Virus record (IMG/VR): IMGVR_UViG_3300027917_004307
DNA: 64,000 nucleotides
Strand: one strand, 5' to 3'
From: a virus
Taxonomy: Duplodnaviria; Heunggongvirae; Uroviricota; Caudoviricetes
Shown: one piece after another, positions 37,755-46,018 of the stretch
How positions within the stretch are numbered: position 1 is the first letter of the stretch
How the letters are laid out: each line of letters starts with the position of its first letter
Made by a program: the position numbers and the translations under genes
Notes under the pieces: generated by a model
Told to the model about the DNA's origin: nothing
Database searches by the model: none
What the model saw: only the letters and a program-made list of their open reading frames with translations

Positions 37755-38060
37755 CTAGACATGGGCGTAGCACTTCTTAATAATTTTCAGGATCCTCGGA
37801 AACGTCTCTGGATCATGCAAATCATAAACATCGTCAGACACGCCCGCGTTCAGTCTCACGCTACTCGCAATCGCCATAATTATGCATGGGTGTGGTCTGC
37901 TTTCTGCTCTAATAACAGCAAACACTTGATCAAGATCTTTTGTCTGATTGCGGATTCCAATATAACCATGAACTGTCTGATTGCGGATTCCAATATAACC
38001 ATGAACGCGAGGAACCACATTCACTCCATTCTCTTTAAGCCATTCGGCTAATTCATCCAA
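37755..38060 (-). CDS. paralog family 1 small protein containing an in-frame 33-bp tandem duplication
   Basis: 'AEWLKENGVNV' and 'DLHDPETFPRILKII'. Duplicated peptide VHGYIGIRNQT x2. Confidence 0.5.
   Translation of the reverse strand: MDELAEWLKENGVNVVPRVHGYIGIRNQTVHGYIGIRNQTKDLDQVFAVIRAESRPHPCIIMAIASSVRLNAGVSDDVYDLHDPETFPRILKIIKKCYAHV
37941..38006. repeat. perfect 2 x 33-bp tandem duplication inside gene 37755-38060
   Basis: tgtctgattgcggattccaatataaccatgaac occurs twice in immediate tandem. Confidence 0.9.
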
Positions 38061-38179
38061 TAGATTATGTTTCGTTTCCTCGTCTATTCTACCGGCTCCT
38101 CAGCATTTCCACCAAATGTAAGCCCAGTGCTACATCAACAAACCCAGAAGTATACAGACGATCAACCACGGGAATTCAG

Positions 38180-38458
38180 TCATCTCTCCTCATCTATCGG
38201 CTCCGCCATCTTCGACACCAATTCAGGAAATTGTTCGGCTATATCTTCTAAGATTTCGAAAGGATCCAAGCCGGGGCCGGTCGTACCATAAAATCCGCCT
38301 GGGGTACTAGCACTCCAAGCATAGTAGTTGCTGCTATCGTATCTGCGAACCTCCAGAGCGCCGCCATTGATTCGAATATGCCAAGCCATATAGCCTTTAC
38401 GGAAAGGATAGTAGTCTTCGCAGATGCGATCCAAGACTTCGGTTGCCTCGTCATCCAT
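38180..38458 (-). CDS. paralog family 2 small protein
   Basis: 'AWHIRINGGALEV' and C-terminal 'EQFPELVSKMAEPIDEER'. Lies directly upstream of family-1 gene 37755-38060. Confidence 0.45.
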   Translation of the reverse strand: MDDEATEVLDRICEDYYPFRKGYMAWHIRINGGALEVRRYDSSNYYAWSASTPGGFYGTTGPGLDPFEILEDIAEQFPELVSKMAEPIDEER

Positions 38459-38975
38459 TTAAATAGCAAGTCCTGCAAAGGGTCGTGTACTTATCCTTCC
38501 CCCCGACCTCGACATCACCTTCTTTGTTGCCCGCCTTGAAGTAAGAAAATGTGCCCATTTCTGACCCGCATTTAGTGCAGATCGCCGTCAGCATGTCGAT
38601 GGAATCGCACAGAGGGATGAGGCTTTGGATAGGTGCGAAGGGTGTTCTTTCTGAGGTCCCGTTCAGCCCACACGCAATCACGGTGCATTTCTGAGCCAGG
38701 TGATCGACCTCTGCTGCAAATTGTGGATAGTCGAAGAATTGTGCCTCATCTACCCCGATCACATCGCCTTTCGAGTGCTCAATTTCAAAAATGCCATTCA
38801 CGAAATGAATCGGGAATAGAAATGCCTTGTTGTCGTGCGTCAGATGGCCTCTAGTATCCGTCTTGGGGCGCAGCAACACCACCCTCTTGCCAGCGATACT
38901 AGCCCTCTCAAGCCGCCTGATAAGCTCCGAAGTCTTGCCAGAGAACATTGGGCCTAAAATCAATTGAAGCGTCAC
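38451..38975 (-). CDS. tdk: thymidine kinase
   Basis: P-loop 'GPMFSGKTSELI'. C-terminal zinc ribbon CTKCGSE...CRTCY. GTG start. Confidence 0.85.
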   Translation of the reverse strand: MTLQLILGPMFSGKTSELIRRLERASIAGKRVVLLRPKTDTRGHLTHDNKAFLFPIHFVNGIFEIEHSKGDVIGVDEAQFFDYPQFAAEVDHLAQKCTVIACGLNGTSERTPFAPIQSLIPLCDSIDMLTAICTKCGSEMGTFSYFKAGNKEGDVEVGGKDKYTTLCRTCYLNG

Positions 38976-39448
38976 TTGCGAAGCTCCTCAAGATCAATCA
39001 TGATATGATTCTCATCCGTCTTTGGATCCAGCCATCGAAATGTATCGCCGTGCTCCTCTGACCACGTGATCACATCCGGCAATGGGTAGCCCAGCGCGAT
39101 CCCTGTGACTTTATGTTTATCAACCGGGGGTAGGTTGCTATCACGCACCCATTTAGCCAATCTAGCAATGTCTTTATTCTCCGGCAAGAATGCAATATCA
39201 TGCCAGATGGTCAAGCCGTTCTTCGCCGCCAATTCCTCTCTATAATCTTTCCTAAATCCAGTGACTAATGGCTTCTTGCCCTCGGCGGTCTTGGCGAATT
39301 GGGTCTTGGCCGTACTGCCGTAACTCCAATATCGGGTCTTCCAATCCATGGCCTTATCGAAGGCCCTCTTGTGGCAGGCAGGGATGGACTTGCGGAGGTA
39401 GGCGAGATCTTGTTTGGCTTGAGCGATGGCGGCTTGCTTAGGGGTCAT
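38972..39448 (-). CDS. hypothetical protein
   Basis: 158-aa ORF ending in the ...LEELRK junction motif. Confidence 0.4.
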   Translation of the reverse strand: MTPKQAAIAQAKQDLAYLRKSIPACHKRAFDKAMDWKTRYWSYGSTAKTQFAKTAEGKKPLVTGFRKDYREELAAKNGLTIWHDIAFLPENKDIARLAKWVRDSNLPPVDKHKVTGIALGYPLPDVITWSEEHGDTFRWLDPKTDENHIMIDLEELRK

Positions 39449-40023
39449 TTGCGGAGCTCCTCGATGATGGCGAGCATGTCTGCGTTAGTGTGATTCCGTT
39501 TCCCGATATTGATGAATTTGCAGACCAGCTGAATATTACCCTTCACATGTCCTTGCTCCGGGTCAATTCGGTCGATAGAGACAGATTTCAACTCACCAAA
39601 CTTGTGTATCATTGAAATACCTGTTAGGGCGCAACACCCATTCTGCGATTCCCACAAATCCATAACGTAATCTATGTCAATATCCCACATACGTCTGTTG
39701 GGATCTTTGGGATCATGCGGGCCTGGCTTCTTGGAACGAGAGCGGATGCCACTGAGTTGTTTTGACAAGAAAATGCGAGGATTTTTCTCATATCTGGCTT
39801 TCAACTGTGCTTTCCCTCCTCTGTTGTGATAATGATCACGAGTTGTGGCCTGGTATTGTTCTCTGTTAGTATCTTTCCAATCCTTAATTTGCTTAGCAAT
39901 CTTGTGTTTGTTCTTCCGCCTATAATTTTTCATGTATTCCGTGTTGCATGTCTTACATATATTAGCATTATGCACGAATTCGACATCGACTTCTTTAGCG
40001 CTGCACACTCTACACTTTTTCAT
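39445..40023 (-). CDS. HNH-like endonuclease with N-terminal zinc finger
   Basis: CRVCS...CKTCN finger. C-terminal 'SIDRIDPEQGHVKGNIQLVCKFIN' resembles the HNH core. Confidence 0.4.
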   Translation of the reverse strand: MKKCRVCSAKEVDVEFVHNANICKTCNTEYMKNYRRKNKHKIAKQIKDWKDTNREQYQATTRDHYHNRGGKAQLKARYEKNPRIFLSKQLSGIRSRSKKPGPHDPKDPNRRMWDIDIDYVMDLWESQNGCCALTGISMIHKFGELKSVSIDRIDPEQGHVKGNIQLVCKFINIGKRNHTNADMLAIIEELRK

Positions 40024-40059
40024 GCTACTTTTAAAATACGGTAAAAAGTTAGGAGGGAC

Positions 40060-40089
40060 AAAAAAAGAGCCCCGATTTCTCGGGGCTCT
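40060..40089 (-). terminator. rho-independent terminator downstream of the major capsid gene
   Basis: On the minus strand, agagccccgag-aaat-ctcggggctct followed by tttttttg, 27 nt after the capsid stop. Confidence 0.7.
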
Positions 40090-40115
40090 AGATTGTACGC
40101 AGTGAGGATTTCCGC

Positions 40116-41666
40116 TTACAAGTTGCTCACTGTGACTACGCCGTAGTAGAGCCCACCATCTTCGATGAGCTTTTTTCCATACCGGGTCATTATGCCCTTG
40201 TTCGGCGTGAAGGAGTTGGGGTCCAACACGGTCGGCGTCGAGAGCAGCGGGATGTACGGCGCGTAGAAGTACCCGGAGTCCAGCACCGAGTTACCCTTGA
40301 AGCCCATCAGGATCTTGCAATTCGGGAAGAGCGGATCCTTGTAAAGTTTCAGCTTCCCTTGAATCGTACCGGCGCTCGTAATCCCGATGTCGATCCCATC
40401 TTGCGCCAGTGCGTCCGATCCACGGAAGTCATTGAGCTGCTCGAACTTCGAGGCAATGTCAGCGCTCGTCACCATCCAGTTGGCCGGTCCCCGTAGGGTG
40501 GTCCTGTGGATGATGTTGGCAACTTCCAGCACCTTGTAGAGCAGCGCGATGTTGCGGTCTGTGAAATTCACCGCAGCACCGGCACCCGTCGCGAAGTTGT
40601 GGTTGGCGCGAATGGCGGCGGCGATGATCAGATCGTTAATGATTTCCCTGTCGATCTCGGCCACCATCTCATCGGCCATAAGGTCCGTGAGGGTGCTCTC
40701 TGCGTCGATGTTGTGCACCGACTTGAGGTCCTGGGCGGCTTCGAGACTCCAGGAGGTCTTGAGCTTGCGGGTGACAGCGGCCACCGAGTCGCTGTCGATG
40801 CTCATCGAGACCTCAGGCTGGAACGGGTTGTTTTCCAGGTCGTACTCGTAATTGACCCTGGCTACTGCTCCTGCGGGGAGCGTGCCACTGGCCAGAGTGA
40901 CCGAGACAGAGCCATCATCGTGATTGAACTCCGTCGCACCGGAGGTGGACTCGTCAATCGTGATGTCGGAAGTGTCACCCACGAGCACAACATCCGGAGC
41001 GCCATCCGAGTCAAACCCGACCTGAAGGATGGGCGTCGGAGTTTCGCAGTCGTCGGCGATGGAGTCTGCTGTAAAGACGTTGACCACCACCGTACCGGCG
41101 AGAACGGGCTTGTGAACCAGGTTCCCCTGGATGGCAGCGCCACCCTGCACGATCGCGAGATCCTCATCCTGGACAATCTGCGAGGTGTAGTAGGGATCCA
41201 AGGCCCAGCCGTTCTGGCGGGCAAACTGCTGGGCAGTATTCTGCCTCATGATCTGTGTACCAGCAATCGTCTGGCCCTTGGAGATGGCGTAACGGTACCT
41301 GATGTAGAAAATCAGGCTGGCTGGCTGACTCATTGGCTGAACACCGACGAGGTTATCAGCGATGAGCCTGGGATAGCTCTTGCGGATGAGCGGCAGGGCA
41401 AAACGGGTGAAGTCAGCGATATCGCCCGTGGTCGTAGCATCCTCAAGCAGGACATTCCTTTTCTTGGGATCCCAGCTGTTCAGCTGGTTTTCCATAATAG
41501 CTGCCATGAGACCATACTTTTTAGGCGTGATCTCAGGGCACTTCTTGAGGACTGGAGACCACTTGGCCACCATCGCATTCTTCTTTGACTCACGAGCGAG
41601 GATTACATCCCGCTCCTCAGTCAAGGTAGCGCCCTTGCCGCTACCCTTTTTCGTCATATGGGGCAT
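40116..41666 (-). CDS. major capsid protein, T4 gp23-like
   Basis: 'WSPVLKKCPEITPKKYGLMAAIMENQ' aligns with T4 gp23 'WKPLLEGEGLPEIANSKQAIIAKIFENQ'. 'RLIADNLVGVQPMSQPASLIFYIRYRY' aligns with 'NLIAFDICGVQPMNSPTGQVFALRAVY'. The C-terminal 'YFYAPYIPL...NSFTP..GIMTRYG' aligns with 'IYYAPYVAL...KNFQPVMGFKTRYG'. Confidence 0.85.
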   Translation of the reverse strand: MPHMTKKGSGKGATLTEERDVILARESKKNAMVAKWSPVLKKCPEITPKKYGLMAAIMENQLNSWDPKKRNVLLEDATTTGDIADFTRFALPLIRKSYPRLIADNLVGVQPMSQPASLIFYIRYRYAISKGQTIAGTQIMRQNTAQQFARQNGWALDPYYTSQIVQDEDLAIVQGGAAIQGNLVHKPVLAGTVVVNVFTADSIADDCETPTPILQVGFDSDGAPDVVLVGDTSDITIDESTSGATEFNHDDGSVSVTLASGTLPAGAVARVNYEYDLENNPFQPEVSMSIDSDSVAAVTRKLKTSWSLEAAQDLKSVHNIDAESTLTDLMADEMVAEIDREIINDLIIAAAIRANHNFATGAGAAVNFTDRNIALLYKVLEVANIIHRTTLRGPANWMVTSADIASKFEQLNDFRGSDALAQDGIDIGITSAGTIQGKLKLYKDPLFPNCKILMGFKGNSVLDSGYFYAPYIPLLSTPTVLDPNSFTPNKGIMTRYGKKLIEDGGLYYGVVTVSNL

Positions 41667-41695
41667 CGCACCCTCCTTAACAGAGAGCCCTTTTA

Positions 41696-42532
41696 TTATT
41701 CGGGCATCTCACTAGCAATCTTGTCAATGTCGGATGACCCGCTTCTCCTAGCAACCCCTGCCGGGATCTCAGATTCAACCAGAGGCCTGCGGGTCGTCTT
41801 GGCCTTGGCCGGGACCTTGCGAGACTTATCAAGGCGTTCGGAGAGGGTCTTCTTGCCCTTCTTGTCTTCCGTCAGGGCTTTACCCTTCTTCTTGCCTTCA
41901 CAGGTGCATGGGGACTTCCCACAATCTTTACAACCATCGGCGCATGACTTGCAGGTGGTTCCCTCGCCCATGATGGGCGCACCACACTCGCACTTGGCGG
42001 CTCCGCCCTTCTCTTCGAGCAGACCATTCTCCTTCAAGGTACTCTCCATGAGCTGGTTCTTCTTGAGGACCTTGACGGCGATAGCGTTTGCACGATTGGC
42101 GGAATTTACTGCACGCTGCCTCTCTTCTCTGAGTTGCGTAGCGAGTTTTTCGAGGCGCTCTGACTTCTTCTCCAGGGCACGAATCTCCCGACTAGGCACA
42201 CCGCCTTCAATCTCGATATCCTCAAGAATAGCTTTGGCCTTCTTGAGGCGGGCGGTTGCTTCGGTCTCTTCTGCTACCCTCTGCTTAGTCATCGCCTGCT
42301 CGATCGACTTCACCTTGCTCTCAAGGAATACAGCCACTTTGCGTGCAAGGTTGACCTTTTCTTTAGCCACTTCTTCGATACAGATCTTTTTAGCCTTCTC
42401 GACCTTCTCCTGCAGTCGTCTCTCATACTGCTCCTTGAGGTCGTTAGAATAGTGCTCAAGATGCTCACATAGCTGGTTCGCGAGCTCTTTGGAGGCACCA
42501 ATGTTTTCCAACAACGCCAATATCTTATCCAT
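41696..42532 (-). CDS. prohead scaffold protein (gp22-like) with C-terminal Cys cluster
   Basis: Almost entirely coiled coil and charged. Immediately upstream of the capsid gene. Unusual C-terminal CKSCADGCKDCGKSPCTCEGKKKGK. Confidence 0.55.
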   Translation of the reverse strand: MDKILALLENIGASKELANQLCEHLEHYSNDLKEQYERRLQEKVEKAKKICIEEVAKEKVNLARKVAVFLESKVKSIEQAMTKQRVAEETEATARLKKAKAILEDIEIEGGVPSREIRALEKKSERLEKLATQLREERQRAVNSANRANAIAVKVLKKNQLMESTLKENGLLEEKGGAAKCECGAPIMGEGTTCKSCADGCKDCGKSPCTCEGKKKGKALTEDKKGKKTLSERLDKSRKVPAKAKTTRRPLVESEIPAGVARRSGSSDIDKIASEMPE

Positions 42533-42588
42533 TTTTAGTTCTCCAACAATCTATTCTAGTTTTGACTGAAGAGTTTATTCTTAAAAGG

Positions 42589-42822
42589 TCATCCTACAGT
42601 TGTCCAGTCACCATCTGGTGGCAGCATTTGATTTAAATTGGCTCCACCGCTCCACGATGCTCCACACATTTTACATGTGAGATGAAAACCAGCATATATC
42701 GGAGACAAACCAGCGCCATGTGCTTTCGCTGATGTTATGAAACCATCGATGTCATCGTGTGGACATTCTTGCGTATCTCCCAAACCATCATCTAGCATTT
42801 TGGCGATTTCTTCTGGATCCAC
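42589..42822 (-). CDS. small Cys/His protein in head module
   Basis: 77 aa with 'CPHDDIDGF...CKMCGASW'. Confidence 0.35.
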   Translation of the reverse strand: MDPEEIAKMLDDGLGDTQECPHDDIDGFITSAKAHGAGLSPIYAGFHLTCKMCGASWSGGANLNQMLPPDGDWTTVG

Positions 42823-43337
42823 TAGTATTTCCTCTGCTCTTCTGGGGGCTCGTACAAGTATTTGCTGATGTCTTCTGGTTCCTCTTCCTCCGCATCATAC
42901 GGCGCAGCACCCATTGGAACATATGCTTGGTGCATAGCTTGCATCGTTTCAGATGGGATTGGTTCACCTATCAATTCACCAACCCTTTGGATCGCCGTCA
43001 AAATCTCCCCGATGTAACGAACTTCCGCAATTCCCATATGATCATCAAGATATCCCTGCGCTAAACCAATTAGCGTGTTCATCACTTCTCTGTTGGATAA
43101 GGGCGTACCAACATCTTCGCTAGCTAGCGTCTCAGCAGCACCCTTAACCGCGCCAACAGCAGCCGATCCAGCAGTCTCAAGCGCTTTAGCAGCACCCTTG
43201 GCAGCCATCTTCGCGACACCTGGACCTTTCTTCTTGACAAGTTCAATGCCAGCTTTACCCCAGTCCTTAAGCTTGCCCTCGTCAAAAAGATCTGGGTCCT
43301 CATCTATGAATTTTGCGATTTCTTCTGGAGTCAGCAT
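42822..43337 (-). CDS. Ala/Gly-rich acidic protein (candidate prohead core/internal protein)
   Basis: 171 aa with 'GVAKMAAKGAAKALETAGSAAVGAVKGAAETL' and an acidic C-terminus. Sits in a gp67/gp68-like position. Confidence 0.4.
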   Translation of the reverse strand: MLTPEEIAKFIDEDPDLFDEGKLKDWGKAGIELVKKKGPGVAKMAAKGAAKALETAGSAAVGAVKGAAETLASEDVGTPLSNREVMNTLIGLAQGYLDDHMGIAEVRYIGEILTAIQRVGELIGEPIPSETMQAMHQAYVPMGAAPYDAEEEEPEDISKYLYEPPEEQRKY

Positions 43338-45301
43338 TAATCGTTGATGGAATTGCCCATCACCTCAGCGATAGTATCCTCGGTAATCGTGTCGTCATCA
43401 ATTAGCTTCGCCAGATTGTTGCGAATGATCGTCTTAGATTCTACAACTTCGTCTGTCTCTTCCTCGCCCTCTTCCTCGCCCTCTTCCTCGCCCTCTTCCT
43501 CGCCCTCTTCCTCGCCCTCTTCCTCGCCCTCTTCTTCGCCCTCAGGAGGACCTTCAACAGGAGGACCTTCTTCACCTTCTTCGCCCTCAGGGTCTGGCGA
43601 AAGACCCATTTCTGGTTCCATGCCTTCAGGTTCGCCCTCAACCTGCTCCTCGTAAGCAAGGGCTTGGTTGATCATGATCATAGCATCATCATCCGCATTG
43701 TTCTTGATGATATTTAGGAATTTGGCCAGTTCCGCAGCGGTGATAACGCCATCATCCATCATCTCATCCGCTTCCATCTCAGGAAGGGAGTCAGCTGCAT
43801 CGGCAATATCATCGATCGGAGGTTCCTCTGCCGGTGGCATTTCACCTGGGCCTTCGTCGGTAATTTCAGCAGGAGGCCCAACTCCCTCATCACCAAACGG
43901 CATCGGCTGTTCATTGAGAGGAGCAAGCAACTCCATCTTCATGGCTTCTTCGAAATTCTCAAGCCCAAGACGCCTCTTCCAGTCATCTTCTGAAAGGACT
44001 CTACCGCCAGACACCACCTCGCACATCCTATGAAGGCGACGTGAAACCCTGCCCCTAGCGGACTCTTTGATCAACTCTAATTTCTTCATCAATTTGTTCT
44101 CCATTGAGGTTACCATACCCTTATTCTCTACGTCTTCTATTGCAGTTTCTTTGTTGTTCGGGCACCCATCTGTATCGCATGCCTTATCCGGACCGCATGT
44201 GCCACCACAGATCTTGCATTTATGTCCATCTGGACCTTGCTCGGTCATTGGCATGTCATCCGCAATGACACCACCAGCAATACCACCAGCCCCAACAGCA
44301 TCCTCAACCGGAATGCCGCATGCGCCACAATGTTCATTTATGGCCGAAGACATATGCTGGACTTCTTCATCGATGCGTGTTGAAAGATCCTTCATCGCCT
44401 TTAGCACATCAAGAATCTTCTCTTCCTTCTCTTCTTCGGTGTCACCTCTGAATAAGTCATCAAAAGTCTCTTCATCAACACCTTCAAGAGCATCGTCCAG
44501 TTCAGTTTCGGATCCACCACCAATTTCATGGTGCCTCTGCCTCAGGCGGGCCAAAAGGGGGCTCTCTTCCCTGACGATTTCACCATCGGTACCAAACACA
44601 TAACTTTCAGAAGTTAGTTTGCTACCAAGCTTGAGTATCTGAATAATTCTATCTACTGATTCTGGCATATTCTTTAAAATGTACTCCGCTATTTCATACG
44701 GGTCCCATGATTCTGGACGATCTACTTCAGTTTTCTTACCTGCCATTTCCCCAGCTTCTTGTTCGCGTTCAAATCTGCCAATCTTTTCTTTGTCTATTGA
44801 GGCATAAATGTCTTCTAAGCCTGCTTCTTTCATCACCGTAGCAACGTCGCCTGAAGACATATGTGCACTAAGAATGTTGGCTAGCTCTATTGTCTCACTC
44901 TCAATTAAATCCTTGATACTCTTATTGCCTTCCTTCTTGCGCTTCTCTTCGCGTTCTTTCTCCCTCTTCTTGGCAAATTCTTTGGCTTGTGCTCTTGCAG
45001 AAAGTTTAGAATGTGGGTCTATATAATATCCACCCAACCCACTTTCTGACTTTTTGTACACCCGCCCAGGTTTATACGTTATATCCTTCTTCTTTATTAA
45101 TTCCTGCCCAGGAGTAGGTTTTTCTTCCTCTTCCTTGACTTCGGGGAGCCCCTCGTGCTTAGTTGAAGCGAAATCTTTCGCGGCCCTTTTTGACATGCCT
45201 TTTGCAGCCTTAGCTACGGCAGGAGATGCCGGTTCTTCACCCTTTTTGGCGGCGTAGACCATTCCCATGAACCGCTGCTGCTTCTTTGATTTAGCGGGCA
45301 T
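43337..45301 (-). CDS. large acidic low-complexity protein with (GEEE)n tract and Cys clusters (candidate internal head / ejected protein)
   Basis: 654 aa. The C-terminal (EEGEEEG)n is encoded by 12-bp repeats. Cys clusters at CGACGIP...HKCKICGGTCGPDKACDTDGCPNNKE. Lies between the prohead protease and scaffold genes. Confidence 0.45.
   Translation of the reverse strand: MPAKSKKQQRFMGMVYAAKKGEEPASPAVAKAAKGMSKRAAKDFASTKHEGLPEVKEEEEKPTPGQELIKKKDITYKPGRVYKKSESGLGGYYIDPHSKLSARAQAKEFAKKREKEREEKRKKEGNKSIKDLIESETIELANILSAHMSSGDVATVMKEAGLEDIYASIDKEKIGRFEREQEAGEMAGKKTEVDRPESWDPYEIAEYILKNMPESVDRIIQILKLGSKLTSESYVFGTDGEIVREESPLLARLRQRHHEIGGGSETELDDALEGVDEETFDDLFRGDTEEEKEEKILDVLKAMKDLSTRIDEEVQHMSSAINEHCGACGIPVEDAVGAGGIAGGVIADDMPMTEQGPDGHKCKICGGTCGPDKACDTDGCPNNKETAIEDVENKGMVTSMENKLMKKLELIKESARGRVSRRLHRMCEVVSGGRVLSEDDWKRRLGLENFEEAMKMELLAPLNEQPMPFGDEGVGPPAEITDEGPGEMPPAEEPPIDDIADAADSLPEMEADEMMDDGVITAAELAKFLNIIKNNADDDAMIMINQALAYEEQVEGEPEGMEPEMGLSPDPEGEEGEEGPPVEGPPEGEEEGEEEGEEEGEEEGEEEGEEEGEEETDEVVESKTIIRNNLAKLIDDDTITEDTIAEVMGNSIND
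43457..43540. repeat. tandem 12-bp repeat (ctcttcctcgcc)n, about 7 copies, encoding (GEEE)n
   Basis: Read directly from the sequence. A coding low-complexity repeat, not a CRISPR array. Confidence 0.9.
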
Positions 45302-46016
45302 TCAGTTTCTCGGCAAGCATTCTTGAGAACTGTTCGGCAATTAGATGCTCAGCTTCTTCCCTGATTTTCTTTGGGGCATTCCTCTTGATTTCCTTGAGCG
45401 TCCTTTCACGACTCTCTTTGATGCTCAAATAAGAACCATGCACGCTAGGCTCAGCAACAATATCAAAAGTGACAAACGTAAAACCAGGCATCACTTTATA
45501 ATATTCGTTACCCTCATGGATTGTCGTCTCCATATCACCAACGCCGCGTGATGAAATGCCAAGCTGCACATTGCTCTCGATGAGTGCCTTGGCAATAGCA
45601 CCCATCGGGGTTTTCTCGATAACATGCAGCTCACCAAATACGGCATCCCCCTTCATTTGAAGTTGGGTTAGAAGGTGGGATACCCTATCAAGATGAATTT
45701 TAGCGTCGGGCGGATGATCGCATTCTCCCATCACCCGCCTGGCTTTGATGTCTTCCTGGATCTCGTTTACAGCGCTTTCCAGGATTTCCCCAGGATAAAT
45801 TCTACCATTAGCATTGGGCCTATCTGCAAATTGGAATTGGCCACCAAGCTTCAAAATGCTCCCGATGCCCTTGATGTCTTCTGTAATCGGCCTAGAAGAC
45901 AATATTAAAGGCATTGAATCTTGAAACAATTGATGGCACCCAATATTGCCAGTAATAGAGGCGGTGTGTCTGCTAACACAACCACCCTCACAATGCTTGC
46001 ATTTGAACTTCGGCAT
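45291..46016 (-). CDS. prohead core protease, T4 gp21-like (U9 family)
   Basis: 'MGECDHP' (His) and 'GISSRGVG' (Ser) match the conserved catalytic blocks of gp21. Position is between the portal-side genes and the scaffold. N-terminal CKHCEGGC. Confidence 0.7.
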   Translation of the reverse strand: MPKFKCKHCEGGCVSRHTASITGNIGCHQLFQDSMPLILSSRPITEDIKGIGSILKLGGQFQFADRPNANGRIYPGEILESAVNEIQEDIKARRVMGECDHPPDAKIHLDRVSHLLTQLQMKGDAVFGELHVIEKTPMGAIAKALIESNVQLGISSRGVGDMETTIHEGNEYYKVMPGFTFVTFDIVAEPSVHGSYLSIKESRERTLKEIKRNAPKKIREEAEHLIAEQFSRMLAEKLNAR

Positions 46017-46018
46017 AA

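Noticed and set aside
40506-41588. Long plus-strand ORFs opposite structural genes (e.g. 40506-41588, 9005-10177, 650-1360, 5138-5527, 8134-8691)
   Set aside because: They are antisense shadow ORFs inside GC-rich minus-strand genes with clear homology (capsid, fibres, helicase). Their translations are Arg/Ser/Val-rich and non-protein-like.
43457-43540. Regularly spaced short repeats that could be mistaken for a CRISPR array
   Set aside because: The units are 12 bp with no spacers and lie inside a long ORF, encoding (GEEE)n. The same holds for the Gly tract at 49515-49660. These are coding low-complexity repeats.
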